Shown here one piece after another: positions 63,249-64,000 of a stretch of DNA of 64,000 bases. This DNA comes from an uncultured Gammaproteobacteria bacterium (GTDB lineage: Bacteria; Pseudomonadota; Gammaproteobacteria; Chromatiales; Chromatiaceae). The stretch is taken from positions 803-64,802 of the forward strand of contig CAWDHW010000017.1 of assembly GCA_963802205.1 (NCBI GenBank). The letters are read 5' to 3'. Below the pieces are notes generated by a model, which saw only the letters and a program-made list of their open reading frames with translations, was not told the origin of the DNA and searched no databases. Each line of letters starts with the position of its first letter. Within the stretch, counting starts at the first letter, position 1. Made by a program: the position numbers and the translations under genes.

Positions 63249-63286
63249 CCGGTGCTACACATAACTGGGGGCGGCACATAATGGCC
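63249..63286. repeat. RIT right terminal inverted repeat
   Basis: Its reverse complement, GGCCATTATGTGCCGCCCCCAGTTATGTGTAGCACCGG, differs from the left IR by 2 substitutions and 1 indel. Confidence 0.8.
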
Positions 63287-63312
63287 GTTATGTTGAGCTA
63301 CACATAACGGCC
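63283..63312. repeat. Palindrome carrying the IR subrepeat, abutting the right IR
   Basis: ggccgttatgt-tgagcta-cacataacggcc repeats the GGCC.TTATGT unit of the IRs in both orientations. Confidence 0.6.
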
Positions 63313-63723
63313 ATAAGCCGCCGTCCCTCTCTGACAGAGGTGCCGCCAAGCGTCACGTCAACTCGCCACAGCTGCCATTTGGCGATGCTGGCTCGGTGAC
63401 TCTGCCTCACAGCTACTTCTTACGCTCGCCACACCACCGAACTTGTCGATCGCCGATGACTGGTTCAATCGCGCCCGTATGAATCCCTACAACACCCAAA
63501 GCAGTCGTTACTGGCTAGGAAACTGGCTTCCGCAGGCGGTTATTGCAAGATGGCTGAGGTAAGTGGTAGCGTTGCCCTAAATGCCAGATCTAACAAGATC
63601 AACATACGTTTACCCCAGATGGATTCGACTGGAGCATTTGATGTGAGTTACCAAGCACACCCAAGTACCATCTAGGCGTCTTTGTCGCGCTGACCCACAA
63701 CCAAGAACCACAGGGAATCAAGC

Positions 63724-64000
63724 ATGAAGCAGACTGAGACGACAACTCAGATCGCACACAATTGGCACTTTGCCCGCGATTTCCCCCAACTGCCCCCCCA
63801 ACCTCATTGAGCGTCCCCACCTTCTCGAGACTATTGTCGAAATACTAAGTAGCGACACCCCCATCGTCTTTCTTGAAGGCGAGGAAGGCGACGGCGCTAC
63901 CACCACTCTCGCGCAGTTCTGCCACAAGTATCCGGAACACAGCTTCTCGCTTTTTATCAAGCCTGCCAGCCGCTTTGCCTATAGCCTCGACTATCTCCGA
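63724..64000 (+). pseudogene. 5' part of a P-loop NTPase-like gene (runs off the window), frame change at a C7 run
   Basis: ATG 63724 gives MKQTETTTQIAHNWHFARDFPQLPP, then stops. From 63800 the next frame reads NLIERPHLLETIVEILSSDTPIVFLEGEEGDGATTTLAQFCHKYPEHSFSLFIKPASRFAYSLDYLR and is open to the window end. The layout resembles the N-terminus of STAND/AAA NTPases, with a Walker-A-like GEEGDGATT. The region is low in GC. Confidence 0.35.

Larger units (their letters stand above)
59803..63286 (-). mobile_element. Recombinase-in-trio (RIT) element with terminal inverted repeats
   Basis: Three consecutive tyrosine-recombinase genes on the minus strand have ATGA overlaps at 61885-61888 and 60917-60920. 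They are bounded by 38/39-bp inverted repeats. This is the RIT architecture described in the literature. Confidence 0.75.

Overview
High-GC (roughly two-thirds G+C by eye) proteobacterial chromosome segment. Gene content looks gammaproteobacterial, but species cannot be assigned from sequence alone. Most of the window is conserved housekeeping DNA: nth, trpS, scpAB, rluB, pgi, zwf, glgA, trmB, thiSG, an acyl-CoA ligase, tRNA-Gly(CCC), mutY, yggX, lolCD, pdxH, mrcB, a DinG/YoaA helicase and tsaB.

Five accessory or unusual modules stand out:
1. 0-5.4 kb is a gene-decay zone. It holds DUF3833, NTF2-like, transporter stub, CaCA antiporter and AttH-like genes, all disrupted, and ends at an IS21-family remnant.
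2. 6.7-9.2 kb is a RiPP locus. A signal-peptide precursor with five EGKCG motifs is followed by a DUF692/MNIO enzyme, a DUF2063 partner and a DoxX remnant. This is the HvfABC/bufferin-type copper-peptide architecture. As sequenced, the precursor is frameshifted between leader and core.
3. 16.3-21.5 kb is a Zur-centred zinc-uptake cluster: ZnuA-like SBP, DUF2796, zur, ABC ATPase, FtsX-type permease, DUF3299 and a small secreted protein.
4. 48.2-56.8 kb is a denitrification island. It carries norCB, a pentapeptide-repeat protein with a dihaem cytochrome c, and nirS-nirC-nirF-nirD-nirL, with three FNR/DNR-type boxes. norQD and nirGHJEN are absent from the window.
5. 57.9-64 kb is a variable region. 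It contains a Uma2 endonuclease, an RHH-MazF toxin-antitoxin pair and a 3.5-kb recombinase-in-trio (RIT) element bounded by 38/39-bp inverted repeats. A sharp GC drop follows, opening onto a partial P-loop NTPase gene.

More than 25 reading-frame disruptions are visible and they are strongly clustered. Raw reads are needed to tell whether they are real lesions or consensus indel errors. No rRNA and no CRISPR array were seen.
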